Positions 51,586 through 64,000 of a stretch of DNA of 64,000 bases are shown piece after piece. The notes beneath the pieces are model-generated. The model was not told the DNA's origin and ran no database searches. It saw only the letters and a program-made list of their open reading frames with translations. The first letter of the stretch is position 1; the number at the start of each line of letters is the position of its first letter. A program made the position numbers and the translations under genes. The stretch is taken from assembly GCF_032062105.1 (NCBI RefSeq), contig NW_026935861.1, positions 434,001 to 498,000 on the forward strand, written 5' to 3'. This DNA is from Saccostrea cucullata. Lineage: Eukaryota.

Positions 51586-54039
51586 ATTTTCTTGTTTGTG
51601 TTCAAAGTATAAACACACTAACTATTGAATGATGCAAAAATCATCAAAAAGGAAACTATTCCCTTTGTTCGTGTGTGATTTGTAAGAGAAAAGTTGATGT
51701 CTGTTATTTATTTTCGTTATTGAGTCACTGGATTCTCTTACATTTTTATATGATTTGGAAGTCACGAATGAGAGAGCTTCGTCATCAATGTCATTTTATT
51801 GAATTATTTATCAATAAAATATTTATTATTTTAGTTCCATTTATTTCTTTTGATGCATTTTCAAAATTTTATTTGAATACATGTACAGATAAAGGTAATT
51901 GCACAGACATCCTCATAGGGCGCGTGTGTGCATTGTAATACAGTATTTCCGAACAAAACTTTTCATTTGGTAAAATTCTACAGACTTATGAACCATCTAA
52001 ATTGAAACCCTTAAGCACCAAATCCCAAAAGAGACAAAGGTTTTTATCAGATTTGATCGGAGGTTTGTACTTGTACATGTATTAAGTAATCAATTTAGAT
52101 TATTGTGCACAATCTATCCTTCCGGTTTATTAGATTGGAAGTAATAAAATGAAATCTGGTAATAATATGAAATGATGCGCATTTTGCCTTTTAATAATCT
52201 TGTATGATACTTTGATTAATAAAGTTTTATGGAGAGAATAGTGCTACAATATATTCAAGAAATGTAAATCAGATGTGGAACCTCAAACCTCAAAATTTGA
52301 AATCATATTTTCCACTAAAATCAGCATAAAAAGTTTTCACTTTTCAAAAATTCCACATATATTCCTCACGAGCCTTTTTGACAACTTAGACGACTTAAAC
52401 TTCTATAAAAATCATTTTTGAGAAGACACCAGATATCGGAGAAGGGCTTCAAATGCTGATGTTCACTTAGGAACATCGAGCAATGAGGAGTCATTCTGTC
52501 GTGACATGCGAAAGTGAATTTTTAAGTCTTTTCCAAAAGATCCGTATCTTTAACTTCGAAGTGCCAAGCGCTTTGAGTTTGGGTATCAACTTAAGTTTGT
52601 ATCGGTTGGAATCCAAGACCTTGTTATCGCAGAACAAGAGCTCCAACGAATGACTTATAACGACAAACCGAATTGAAGGCCACAACAAAAAACCTATTTT
52701 TATGTAAAGTCTTTTTAAAAATAAATTCTGCTTCATTTGAATTCTAAACTGCTTCACTTGAATACAAATGCACGTGTTTTAATGACAGGACATAAATCCA
52801 TGATAATTATAACAGAATGTTAGATGACCTTCTATCCGAAATCTAAATAGATGTTAAGAAACTCAAGTATCTTGTTTAACATCAATCACAGAGAACTTGT
52901 TTAAAGAATCAGAATACTTATGATAATAAGTTTGCAGTTGACCAATGAAAAAAATATTTACGAGTTTCGCTTTTATTGAAGAAGCAGTTGATTATGATAT
53001 CTTTAATTAATCGTAAGGTATAATTATATAAAGCGTTGAAGAGTTTTTTTTCTCTATACGGTTGCATAACACTGCCTGCTTTAATTTTAATTTCCTAAAG
53101 GTTCCTTAGAGTTTTCAAGCATCCAAATTTGATTAACACCACGCCTTAAAATTAATAGATCAGAATAAAGTTTGGTGCAGATCTGATGCAGGTTTGTTAA
53201 TTGACGTAAGGAAGAAGTGATCAAAAGAGTTATGAGACCAATGTTGTTTTATAGTGAAACCATCAGGTGACTGCTATAAATAACCGGTACACTGATCATT
53301 TTTTGTTGTCCCACTATCCTATTTCATTCTCTGAGCCTTTTCTTCATCGTATATCGCCTTATATCGTTACTTATACCCTAGTTCGCATATCTTGACCGTA
53401 ATTTGTCACCTTCGTGAAACTAGAGAACACTGAACAGTCACACAGCGCATGCCATAATTCATGTCGTGTTCATCTCGGTCGTATGTGCTATGTGACGGGG
53501 AAAAAACGTTGGCCTCTTCACAAGGGAAATGAAGACCATTTCGAAATGTCATTTTTGTTAGCATAATAGTTTTAAAGGTAGGAAGAATTTGCCAAAATAC
53601 CCTGTTCATGATTATATATATAAAAGAGAAACATATGCAGGGTTCGTATTTCGATTCCATTTTTATATTTTGAAGTGGAGGAAGAAGAAGTTTATTTATA
53701 TATTTCCTTCCAAGTTCTAAATTTACTCACGTAATAAAGTACCTCTTTATGCTTTGAAAAAAAGTACTCGGAGAAGACATGGGGCTAATTTTACCCGCCC
53801 AGTAATGATCCAAATTAAAATAAATTTCCTCGTGAAGGATATCTTTAAGCTATGGTCAACAGATCTTCCTAACGCTATAAGTTTAGTACACCTCACCATG
53901 GTATGTGTATATTTCAAATATATAGATGTATTTGTTTCTTTTAATAATTGCTTAACGTTGTGGAAGGTCTTCACCTTCCACAATGGGATAAGAACCCAAA
54001 ACCAAAGACCAAAGCCTTACTTTGTGACTTTAGAGTGAA

Positions 54040-55410
54040 GGATATGGAGATAATGAACAGTATTCAATAACAAAGTCTATAAAACAATACAAATTAGGAG
54101 CAGAGCAAACACGGACCTCTAAAACATCAGAGATGGGATCAGGTGCCTTTGAGGAATGAGCATCCCCTGCTGACCGGTGACACCCGCCGTGTGCTCCTCG
54201 TCAAGATCGGGAAATAACGGAAAAATCCATCGTCAATTCAGTGTATAAATAATGGATAACAATTAGTATGGAAAACGTCAGTCAGCATTTGACTCAATGA
54301 TAAATTGTATTTGCTGACAAGGTCTTTGTACCGACTATAGAACTTACGAAATGATGACTTTAAAAGAGACTGCTGATTATATGTTTGTCAATAATGTACC
54401 TCGTTTTAGAAATTGTTCATACGCAGAGCATGCTCTTGCGTATCGAATCACACTTTGATATTGAATACTGTTCGTTATCTCCATATCCTTCATAGAAAAG
54501 TTATAGTAATCACGTTTATCATAGAACTTGATTGTTATATTACAGTTAACGTCTTTTTCAAGTAAAATATCCAAATATGAAACAGATATGTCAGACTCTG
54601 TGGTATCTTTTATCTCAAGCTCACCAGGATATATCATATCGACATAGGTATGGAAATTACCATTGTCATGACAATACGTCGTCGATATATCTAAATGTTG
54701 AGTTGAAGGCCACAGCAAGTGTTTTCCTCTTTTCACGCATAAGATTTTGCACAAATTCTTCTTCATATGAACACAAGAATAGGTCTGCTAATAACGTAGC
54801 ACAATTGATACCCATGGGAATTCCAATAGATTGTTGGAAGACCTGGTCTCCAAAACCACACATAGATATTGTCAATCAGAAACTCGAGCATCTTTTAACT
54901 GTCAACTTCAGAGTACTTGTGTGTACAATCAGAATGTTTTTTAACAAAATAATATTGCAAATGACCAATGACCAGGAAAGTAAATTTACTAGTTCCATTT
55001 TTATTGAAAAAACAGCTGTCAATGATATCAAAAAGCCTGGACTTTATCGTGGGGAATGGTGTGTATAAAGTTGAAAAGTAGTAAGTTTTTAAGCTGTTGA
55101 TTTTGGTTAAATCTTGTGATTTCACATTGTCAAAAAGTTCTTTTGACTTTTTGAGTATCCACATTTGATTCACACCACTTCTTAATTATATTGTTGCACA
55201 GTACTCTTGAAGTTTTTCCCTTCACTTCTGTCAATATTTTATTGAGGAATAAAGAAAGACGCTTGGTTGAACATTTACTGCAACCTGCAATGTATCTTTA
55301 TTTGTAAGGATTCTTACGAAGTTTCGGAATCCAATATATATATTGTAGTTCAAAATCATTTTGGTTCTGGATATTAAAAATATTCAAAACTGACATACGA
55401 ATTTGAAGGA
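54040..55410 (-). mobile_element. Decayed Penelope-like retroelement, same family as 34828-37035
   Basis: FQQSIGIPMGINCATLLADLFL, FRYIDDVLS, IYPGELEIKDTTES..YLD, YDKRD. Confidence 0.88.
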
Positions 55411-56605
55411 AACGCTCCAGCCAGTACACCGAGCGGGCGACGATGTCAATGTAGTTATTTCTTATTTAATTATTAAAAAAAACAGGTATATGTACTGAAC
55501 ACTGAGTAACATCTTGTTATAGATCACAAAGGGACAAATAAAGATAGATATATATTGAATGATAACATCAATCTTTCCATTCAGCGAGCTGAATAGTCAG
55601 TTTTGTTTACTAAATCTGGCTATTTGCTTTTATATAAATCCGTTATACATTGATTCATTTAAATAGGAGAGTATCCTAGGAGGGATGTGTATTTCTATGG
55701 TAATTTGAGGTTTGTGTAATAGAATTGTTTCTGTTAATTTGTACTTTCTATAGATATATGCTGGTAATCATTTTATAGGAGATAGGAAACAATCAGAAAA
55801 TCTTAATATTTATTCATTTAAAAAAAACAGTCGGTGTGGGTGCATCACACTAGTATTTTAGAAATCTTTTAACATACCAAATTCTAATCGTGAATCATCA
55901 AGATATATCTCTGGTAAAAGAGAAAACTTATTTGTTGGTTTGCTATCATCTAAAGGGGCAAAGGTAAATATCTTTTTTTTTGTATTTTAGGGGAATTCCT
56001 TGGAAATGATGTAACTGTACCCAGTTGACATACTTTAGATACGGCATGCATGAGCTGTATCAGATAGGTGCTCCATATGTCGACACAAGCAAGGTGGTTG
56101 TTTACGGGTTGATAAAAGTTGTAAACACGGAAGTGGGTTAATTAATTTGTCTACTGACGCAGTCCAGACAAAATACAGGATTGGACATAAACAAGAAACA
56201 TTATACTATGCCCTTGTAAGGGTAAGATGCTTTTCGAATTATGTGGAAAGTCGTATCATAATAGAGAGCTTTTAAAGCATATTTTATCTGAAATAATTAT
56301 GTTTGTGCAAGGCTTGTTTATGATATAACAGCCGATTGAAGTAATGATATTTGTTTGATATTTATTTTTTTTTATGTATTCCTTTGTAAGTTATTTGATG
56401 TGAGTAGGTTTTAACATATACTGAGAAACACTATAATATTGTTACTAAATACGCTAAACAAGTGTCAGAATTCCGGTTTGTTGCTCAATGATTTTATGTG
56501 ATGAGGAAGTGAGTTTTGGCATTTCTAGTTTATTTGTATTTAACAACTTTTTAATTTTAAACCAAGTAAAGCTTTATTTATAGATCATAACAGGCGTGCG
56601 GACCA

Positions 56606-59600
56606 ATGGCAGACCAAGAGCAGGACATTGTACAAGAATTTTCCGTGACCAAGTTATCAGGACAGCGCGTGGTACTTAAGGTAAATCATTTTTGTCTTCA
56701 AAGAAAGTCTTTCAGATTAAAATTTCATGTTTTTGAATGAACAGTTTAAAATTTATTTCCGTATTTATTCACATCATAAATAGGAAACTGTAAAAGTTTA
56801 AAAGAAAAGATAAATTATACGTCCACGTTTTGGGATTTAAGGTTACCTGGTATCATAATATATTTTGTTGTATGCTTCACAAATTACAGATTGATGTTAA
56901 AAGCGACAGCTTCAAATACATGAGGAAAGGAGAGGTGAAACACACGTGTAGGATAAAAGATTTGAATGCCACGCTGAAGGTATACCATAACTGTAGTATA
57001 TGTATATAAAGAAATTATAGACATTACAGTATTTATATAATGTCAATGCAAATTGCTATGATTTTTCCTAAGTAAGACAAGAATGACTAACAACTAAAAT
57101 TAGTAGGCTTATGTTACATTTCAGTTTAAGAATTCAGAGAATTTAGATTGTTTTTGTTAGTTTTAAATTCTCTGAATTCTAGAATAACATTTACATGAGA
57201 AATTTCGGAAGGGGGTTCTATATTTGGAGAGAGAGGGAGAGGGGGTATCATTCTACGTGTTAAAGAAATCTATTTAACATCTGCTTTTCGTTCATACTCA
57301 AAGGTACTCTAAAATACAATGTCTTTTATTTTAACTTCAGGGAGGGATTTTTTATGTTTTGAAATTTTGTGACCTTGATTTGTTCCATAACAATAACTTT
57401 ATATTTCTTATTTCTGATGAAACTTTTTAACACTGTTCATAAAACAACTTTTTCGGTGATTGAAAGAGCAGAGAACTGCAAGTGTGCCGGAATATTTTAA
57501 CCTTACTTAAAACCTTGACCTTGTATTTCCAGATTTCCTAATGTACATGTAGTTGTATTTTAAGAAAAGGTACTCTTATTTCATTCATAATATGAGTACA
57601 TGTACGAACAATCCACATGAATGAGAAATAATTTACTTCTAATTCAAAAGAGGAACAACGAAACAAAAACTATACAAAATTTACCATTTAGGAAGTCATA
57701 TCAAAATTTTATGGGTTCAAAGTTGAAAAACTGAATTTATTTTCACTAATTATAGTCAAAAATAGTTACTAATGGCCAAAAATGTATAAGTTGCCATATT
57801 TTTTAAGAAGTTGAACAATATTAAATATATGTGCATCTCATCATTAAAAATCGTTCAATTTAAGTGAACAGTATTATAAACGTTAGGTTAAAACTTGTTG
57901 AAATACAATAATTTAATTTTGTTTGTATTCTAGTCTCTCATTGGTTGATTCCCAAAAAGGAACGCAAATTATTTCTTAATAAACTGGTTTGGTATGGGGA
58001 CACACCCCCTTGACAACCAGCTGAATCATCTTATCAATGCAATCCCCTCATTTCCAGTCCTTGGGATGCATGGAAAATTCCAGATTTAATAAATGTACCT
58101 TTAACTTCAAACAGTAGCTCGATCTTACCTCATGTAAACAAACATCATGGATGCTAGATCTGTGTATCAGTTATTGCTTCCCCTTGTTTCATATCACTTC
58201 CGTTACTAGGGATGTATTATTGAGCGGCAAATTTGAACTAATAAAAAGCAGCACAATTTTACACCCACAGTTGTTTTTTAATTATTTTAAAATTAAATTA
58301 TAAGGAATGACTCTATTCTTATTACATACTTAGTAATAAATACAGGTTTTTTGCATATGCGATATGGCTGACGTCACAAAACCCGTATCAGCCCTGCAGG
58401 GCTGATATGGATAGCGGGGCTGATATAGGTTATCAGCCCTGCAGGGCTGATACGGATCAATATCACACCCCTAGTAAATTAAACCTCAAAAAACAGTACT
58501 TGTGAGTTGTGATCATACACATATTTTGGGGGTTACATAATTCTCTTAATTTTAACTTTTTGAATGTAATGATAATCTAACTGATAAATAAAAGATTATT
58601 TTAAAATTACGGATTGAGGAAATCTGAAATAGAAGTACATGCAGAAACAAACCGAAACTGTATGAGACAATAGAATGTGTACATTTTAAGAAGTCCGTGC
58701 ATGATTATTTACTTATTTTCCTCTCAACTTAATGTGTTCTGTATTTTATTACTAAGTATGTCATAAATATAGTAAAACATACCCTTTTCCACATGACATC
58801 CTGATGCCTTCGGCCCTCTGGCTGATATTGGTGTCTCGTGCTGATACAGGATGTGATATGGAAAAGGGTAGTATTATTCTCTGTATAACCTAGTTTGGGT
58901 CAGTTTACGCTTCTTTATAATCCACTTCGCGGATTACAATGTATTTAAAGCCTAAACTGACCCAAACCAAGTTATGATCGAATAACTTGGCCAAGAATTA
59001 GAGTCATTCCTTAATTATTCTGATGCTAAAAGTTTCTGGGTAATTGTTAATTTATCTCCATATGTTTCATTTTAAAAAGTAATACAATTGTGAATATCAG
59101 GGACAACATTTTACACTGAATAAAGGAGGAGTTAATGCTCATGAGAACATTTTTAAAGATTGAATAACTGATTAAATAAAAAATATAATTTTTTATAATT
59201 TTTTCCCTAGCAATTACTTGCATAACATTTATTGAAAAGCCTTCATTCAAAAGATATTTTTCTAATAGATATGAATTAAAATTAATAATAATTTTGCAAA
59301 AATCTATGACATCGCATGAGGGTTGAAATGCCTTAAGTTTGTCCAAAAGGCATTTAAACGTAGCAATTTTCCAGGACTGGTTAGGACATGGTAAGTGCAA
59401 GCCACTCATTGGGTGGTTTCTTTAAGTTATCCTAGATTATAGTTGATAGTTTTTAAGTTCTGATCCACACTTCGAGGATCCACACAAATCAAGAGAAGCA
59501 TAAATTCTGCAGTGATCAGAGGAATTATTAGTTATTTTAATTTTGCTTAATAAATGTGTGATAGAGAATAGATGTGAAATAAAATTACAAAGAAAATTAG

Positions 59601-62600
59601 GTCATCGGAAAAAAAAACCTTTAAGGAAGGAAAAAAGAATTTAAAATCCTAACATTATCTTTAATTTCCGATTGTGGGATAAAATAAAGATGGAAGGAAG
59701 ATAAATGACGGAAGAAAAATCAAGATAAAGAAAAGTTATTTAAAGTTTTCAAAGCAGTAAAAAAAAAAAGAATTAGTGGTAAAATCATAAACAATAGTCC
59801 TTAAACATTGATTTTCTGAAAACAAAGTTCGATTTTATGACCAAAAAAGGAAATAAAACGTTCGAATAACTTTTGTTGTTGTAATCACATTCCTTTTAAA
59901 ATGCACCTTTGCTCGTTACACAATTCTTTTAGTTCAAAAGTATTGCATTCAATGTCATCGAGGTGAGGAATAAAATATTTTTGGGCTTACTTTTGTACTT
60001 TGTATAAGATAAAGTATACGAAGGGTGTTAGAAAAGTTCGCGGACAAGTTCTATTGTGAGCGCGCTATTTTCACGAAACCAGTCAAACTTTTCAGATAAA
60101 ATCTTAACCTATTTTCCAATAAATATACAAAACTTTGGCGCTCTCCAGTGCTCATTGAAAAATATACAGCTGTTTTATTTTGATAAATCTTGCTTCACGG
60201 AGCATGCTACATTTTGGCACATTTACATCACATAGACTCTTTATCAAGATTAAAAATTGCACAATTGTAGCGCAAAGAGATTTGTGATATTTTACCTGTC
60301 GCAAAAGTATTCTTGAAACATCACTGGGAGAAATTTTCGATCAAATTGGAGGGTATATGACTGTTTTATAGCCATTTATAAATGATCAATGCATAAAAAC
60401 ACAGCCAAAATTCGGAACGTCATTGAGCGTCATGGAGCACTGCACTACGTAAAAATCATGTATGCAGACAGGAAAATGTCTAAAAAGAGATTAAAATGTG
60501 CAAGATGCTGCCGGGAATTTCCTACACATACAAAGGACACAAGTTTTTAAATGGTTGTAACTTTATAAGAATGTAAGGATTAACATTTTGAATGATTAAC
60601 CCCATCGATACTTCAATACCCCTTTATTGCATGGACGTTGTGCCATTATGGTTTTGCATAGTTTCCATACCTGATCGATTATCTGCATAGACTTTTTTTT
60701 ACCAAAGATCTCAATAATATCCGAATCAGTTCAAAAGACATTATAGTAGAAAAGTAACATGTCTTGATATAGATATTCAAATTTAGATTAGAAAAAAAGA
60801 TAAGAAAAATATGGCAAAGATGAAAAATTTAATGAACTGCGACAAAGCTTAACGGGTTGAAATCTGACTGTCACGTCGCCTTACGTCAAGAGATTGCTCC
60901 GTGAATCCCATGACCTCATAGTAAAAATCGTTGTAAATTTTCAAGATTGTGGTAAATGGACCTGATTTTTTATATACAAATAAACAAAATATAGGAATTT
61001 ATTAAGACATAGGTCATACTTCACAGTACACAATAGATTTTCCGTAATTCAATGTGTCCGCGAACTTTTCTAACAACCCTCGTAATATATCTTGTGTTCT
61101 CATACAAATGTAACATTTTTTGCCAAGTAAATTGCTAAATAAAAATATTTTGCAGGATGGTTTACAAATTGAAATTAGGATTGGTACTCTAAAGAAAATA
61201 TTATCAGCTGAAAACGAGTTGATAAGGGAGGAAATATTAAAAACCATCCAGGCGGCTGTAGAGGAACAAACGCCAAAACAGGGGTACCCACTGAGTGAGT
61301 GAACAGGGCTGATCTTTTGTATTTTGTAATTGCTTCTATACAAACTGGTTGTATTCTCTTTTTCAAATCAAAACAAGTCAAAACACCCCTTGAGTTCAAA
61401 TCTATTGAATTTTTGTCGGCTTGTGTGTTACATGTACAAGCATACCAGTAATTTCTCTTAAAAAGGATATCTGTTTCTATAGGGGAGGGATCTCGTGTCA
61501 TAAAAGAAGGTTTCTTGATGAAAAAAGGAAATGCTGTCATTGAAAAATGGGCCAGGTACGTTAGAGGGGACACAGAATTGATTTCTAGTGATCAAAATAA
61601 GTTTTTGAGCTCATTTGACAATCTTTTTGTTTCATCCTTCTACAACTTTCATACTAACAAAAATACTTCACGGGATATAGATTAGGTTAATGAAAATATT
61701 AAAAGCAGTCAAGAAAAAAAAATCCGTGGTACTGTGCATATATTTGAGGAGTGCTGTTTATGAAATTTATTTTTAACAAGAGACTAGCAACTAATTCATG
61801 AATACAACTTAAAACTAATCAGTTCATCTCTATATTACAGGAGAAAAGTCATCATTAAGCAAGGAGTTTTGTTCTACTACCCTGAAAATTCAGAGGTAAA
61901 TCTTTCAATCCATCATAACAATTACATGATTACACTAAATGTCGTAGAGAAGTCTGCGTTGTGGTAATGTAAGATAAACAGAATCTTTAGCTCAATCAGA
62001 AGAGCCTTGAAGTGATATGAAAGAGGCCCCGAGTTTAAATCAATGTGAAGTCACAGACATGTCTCTGTTACATTTATCATTTTAAATATTACACTCCCTT
62101 ATTTATGCAGCTATATACCCTTATCACCTGAATAATGGGTTTATATTTCTATTTGATTTGATACGAAAGAGCATGCTCTACGTACAGTCTAATTAGATTG
62201 GCTCTACGTATGAACAGTTTTTACACGAAATTACGAAGTAATTAATTTATTGACAAGCAAGTTGATGAAGCAAGAATATCTACAGTCTCATTTAAAGTCT
62301 TCATTTCGTAAGTTCTCTGGTCGATACAATAACCTTCTTGTCAACAAATACAATGTATCCCGAAGTAGATGCTGACTGATGTTTTTATAGAATTTGTTAG
62401 ACCAAATTTTACACACTGAATAGTCGACGGATTTTTTCATTATTTTCCGATCATGACAAGGAGCACACGGCGAATGTGACTGGTTGTCAAGGGATGCTTA
62501 CTCTTCCATGGCATCTTACCCCACTTCTGAAGTTTTATAGGTCCATGTTTCTCTGTTCTGATTTGTATTGTTTGAATGGACCTTAAAGCTTGATTACTGT

Positions 62601-64000
62601 TCGTTATCTCCATTTATTTAAGAATTTAACCATTTCTTTTTATTCATACATGCAATTTTTTCAGTCCAAATGTATCTGATACTTAATATTGAAGATAAAC
62701 TTAGTAACCTCAATATATTCATCTGTATTTGATATGTTTTATTATTTTAATCCAAAAACATTGTTCATCAGTATTTACTATTTAGTGCATCCATAAGCAA
62801 ACCATAAGAACATTACCCTTGCCAAAGAACCATGAAAGTAGTAATAGAATCCTTTGATCGCCCTTTCTTTCAGAAAAGAGTGGACCTTTCCCCTGTTGTA
62901 GAATGTCACGTGGATGCTGTAGGATCAGATAAGTTCAACGTCACTGTACCAGGTAGAACCTACAGGTAACCATTTACAACAGGTAAACAGATAATTGTAC
63001 TCTGACAAACAAAAGATTAATTTTGTCACAGATTATATTTATAGTTTTCAGATTCCCGACTCAGTACGAGACAAACACGAAGAACAATCTGAATGGATAA
63101 GAGTGAGTAGAATTTGAGAATTATGAAGTGTGAGCAATATTTTTTGTTTGAGATTCATATCCATTTATGAACGTCAGTTCTAGCCACATCAGATTACACT
63201 ATCTAAAACATATAGCCATCTACATTTAAATACATCATATATGTTTTCTCTCAACTTTCAGTGCATTAGAATCGCCATATCTGACAGGTACATTCCTTTG
63301 TATTATATTTCTTCTATTCTTTCATTTGAGTATTTGAAATATTGTGCAAAAACTATTTCTTTCTAGTATTTTCTTTAAAACACCGTGTTTAGTTCTTCTG
63401 AAGGTCAAAAGATTAGAAAAGGAAGTCGAAAAGTATTGCCAGACAGAGATTCCCGTAGTAGCGTTAAACGGAGATCGGTACCAAGATCACCGATACTGAA
63501 ACAAGGCTACCTAGACAAACAAGGCAACGCAACTGTCAAAGTCTGGAATGTGTGAGTCAAAATTTCCAAATTGTATTATAAATCCCCCAGCTCAATATAG
63601 ATAGTATCATAAACTGAATGCTGCATCAATATAAGCTCCTGGTACTTTTTAAATTCATTTGTGATGTATGTTTTCATTATAAGAGATCTAAAGATCTTGA
63701 CAGAACATTTCATCGGAAAAATTACACAGGATAAATTAAATGATACAGCCAATACATTTTCTTTGTAACCAGGCGGTTTGTCAAAGTGGAGCCAGGAAAA
63801 TTATCCTATGCACTTCCAGAAAAAGTAGAAGTAAGGAACCTCTTTTTCTGATTTTTCTGTGAACTTGTTCCATTGTTTTTTTTTTTCATTTTGTTGGTGT
63901 TATTTCAGAATGCCTTAAATGTGATATATCTTCATGAAAGTAATGCTTGTGTCATTTCCACTAAAAATTATGGGTTTGATGTCAAGGTGCCGAACAGAGT
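56606..64000 (+). CDS. Tandem paralogue of the PH-formin N-terminus with at least two canonical PH domains; incomplete at the right edge
   Basis: Exons 56606-56680, 56890-56979, 61156-61294, 61483-61555, 61841-61895, 62874-62965, 63045-63102, 63262-63287, 63393-63551, 63773-63830 and 63909->64000 join in frame. PH starts IKEGFLMKKGNAVIEKW and LKQGYLDKQGNATVKVW; exon sizes and phases match the upstream gene. Confidence 0.85.
58301..59013. mobile_element. TIR element with internal palindromes (possibly Crypton-type non-autonomous)
   Basis: TAAGGAATGACTCTATTCTT ... AAGAATTAGAGTCATTCCTTA; ATCAGCCCTGCAGGGCTGAT occurs twice; hairpin at 58885-58975. Confidence 0.6.
60019..61082. mobile_element. Mariner-type non-autonomous element with TA TSD
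   Basis: TA|CGAAGGGTGTTAGAAAAGTTCGCGGACA ... TGTCCGCGAACTTTTCTAACAACCCTCG|TA. Confidence 0.85.

Noticed and set aside
58207-58473. hAT-like element (TAGGGATGT..ACACCCCTA)
   Set aside because: No TSD, and it would overlap without nesting the better supported 58301-59013 element.
61988-62060. tRNA gene
   Set aside because: Only degenerate A/B-box-like motifs with no cloverleaf; at most a SINE head remnant (a similar one lies near 52590-52660).
33640-62615. Hammerhead ribozyme associated with the Penelope-like copies
   Set aside because: I could not find a CTGANGA...GAAA core with pairing stems by eye; a covariance-model search is needed.

Overview
AT-rich, intron-containing animal DNA, most likely an oyster or related bivalve. 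This is inferred from HINE/Helentron repeats carrying a ~168-bp Cg170-like satellite and from mollusc-type Penelope-like remnants. Host genes: the 5' end of UNC80 (minus strand, runs off the left edge), a 76-aa single-LIM protein, a ~1297-aa AT-hook/C2H2 zinc-finger protein, an 18-exon PH-domain formin (PHCF-like, ~1180 aa), and a tandem paralogue with extra PH domains that runs off the right edge. The main accessory feature is a ~7.5-kb ISL2EU-type DNA transposon (7037-14520) with two convergent spliced genes. One is an apparently intact THAP-HTH-DDE transposase. The other is a SAP-SWIM-YqaJ (PD-(D/E)xK) nuclease, cleanly split by a 3.2-kb TA-flanked element whose 21-bp subterminal arrays lie in direct rather than inverted orientation. 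The transposon itself sits inside an older HINE-like repeat. The rest of the window is nested MITEs with TSDs of 2-10 bp, satellites, and decayed PLE, RTE and CR1 retroelements. All exon models were read by eye and need RNA confirmation.
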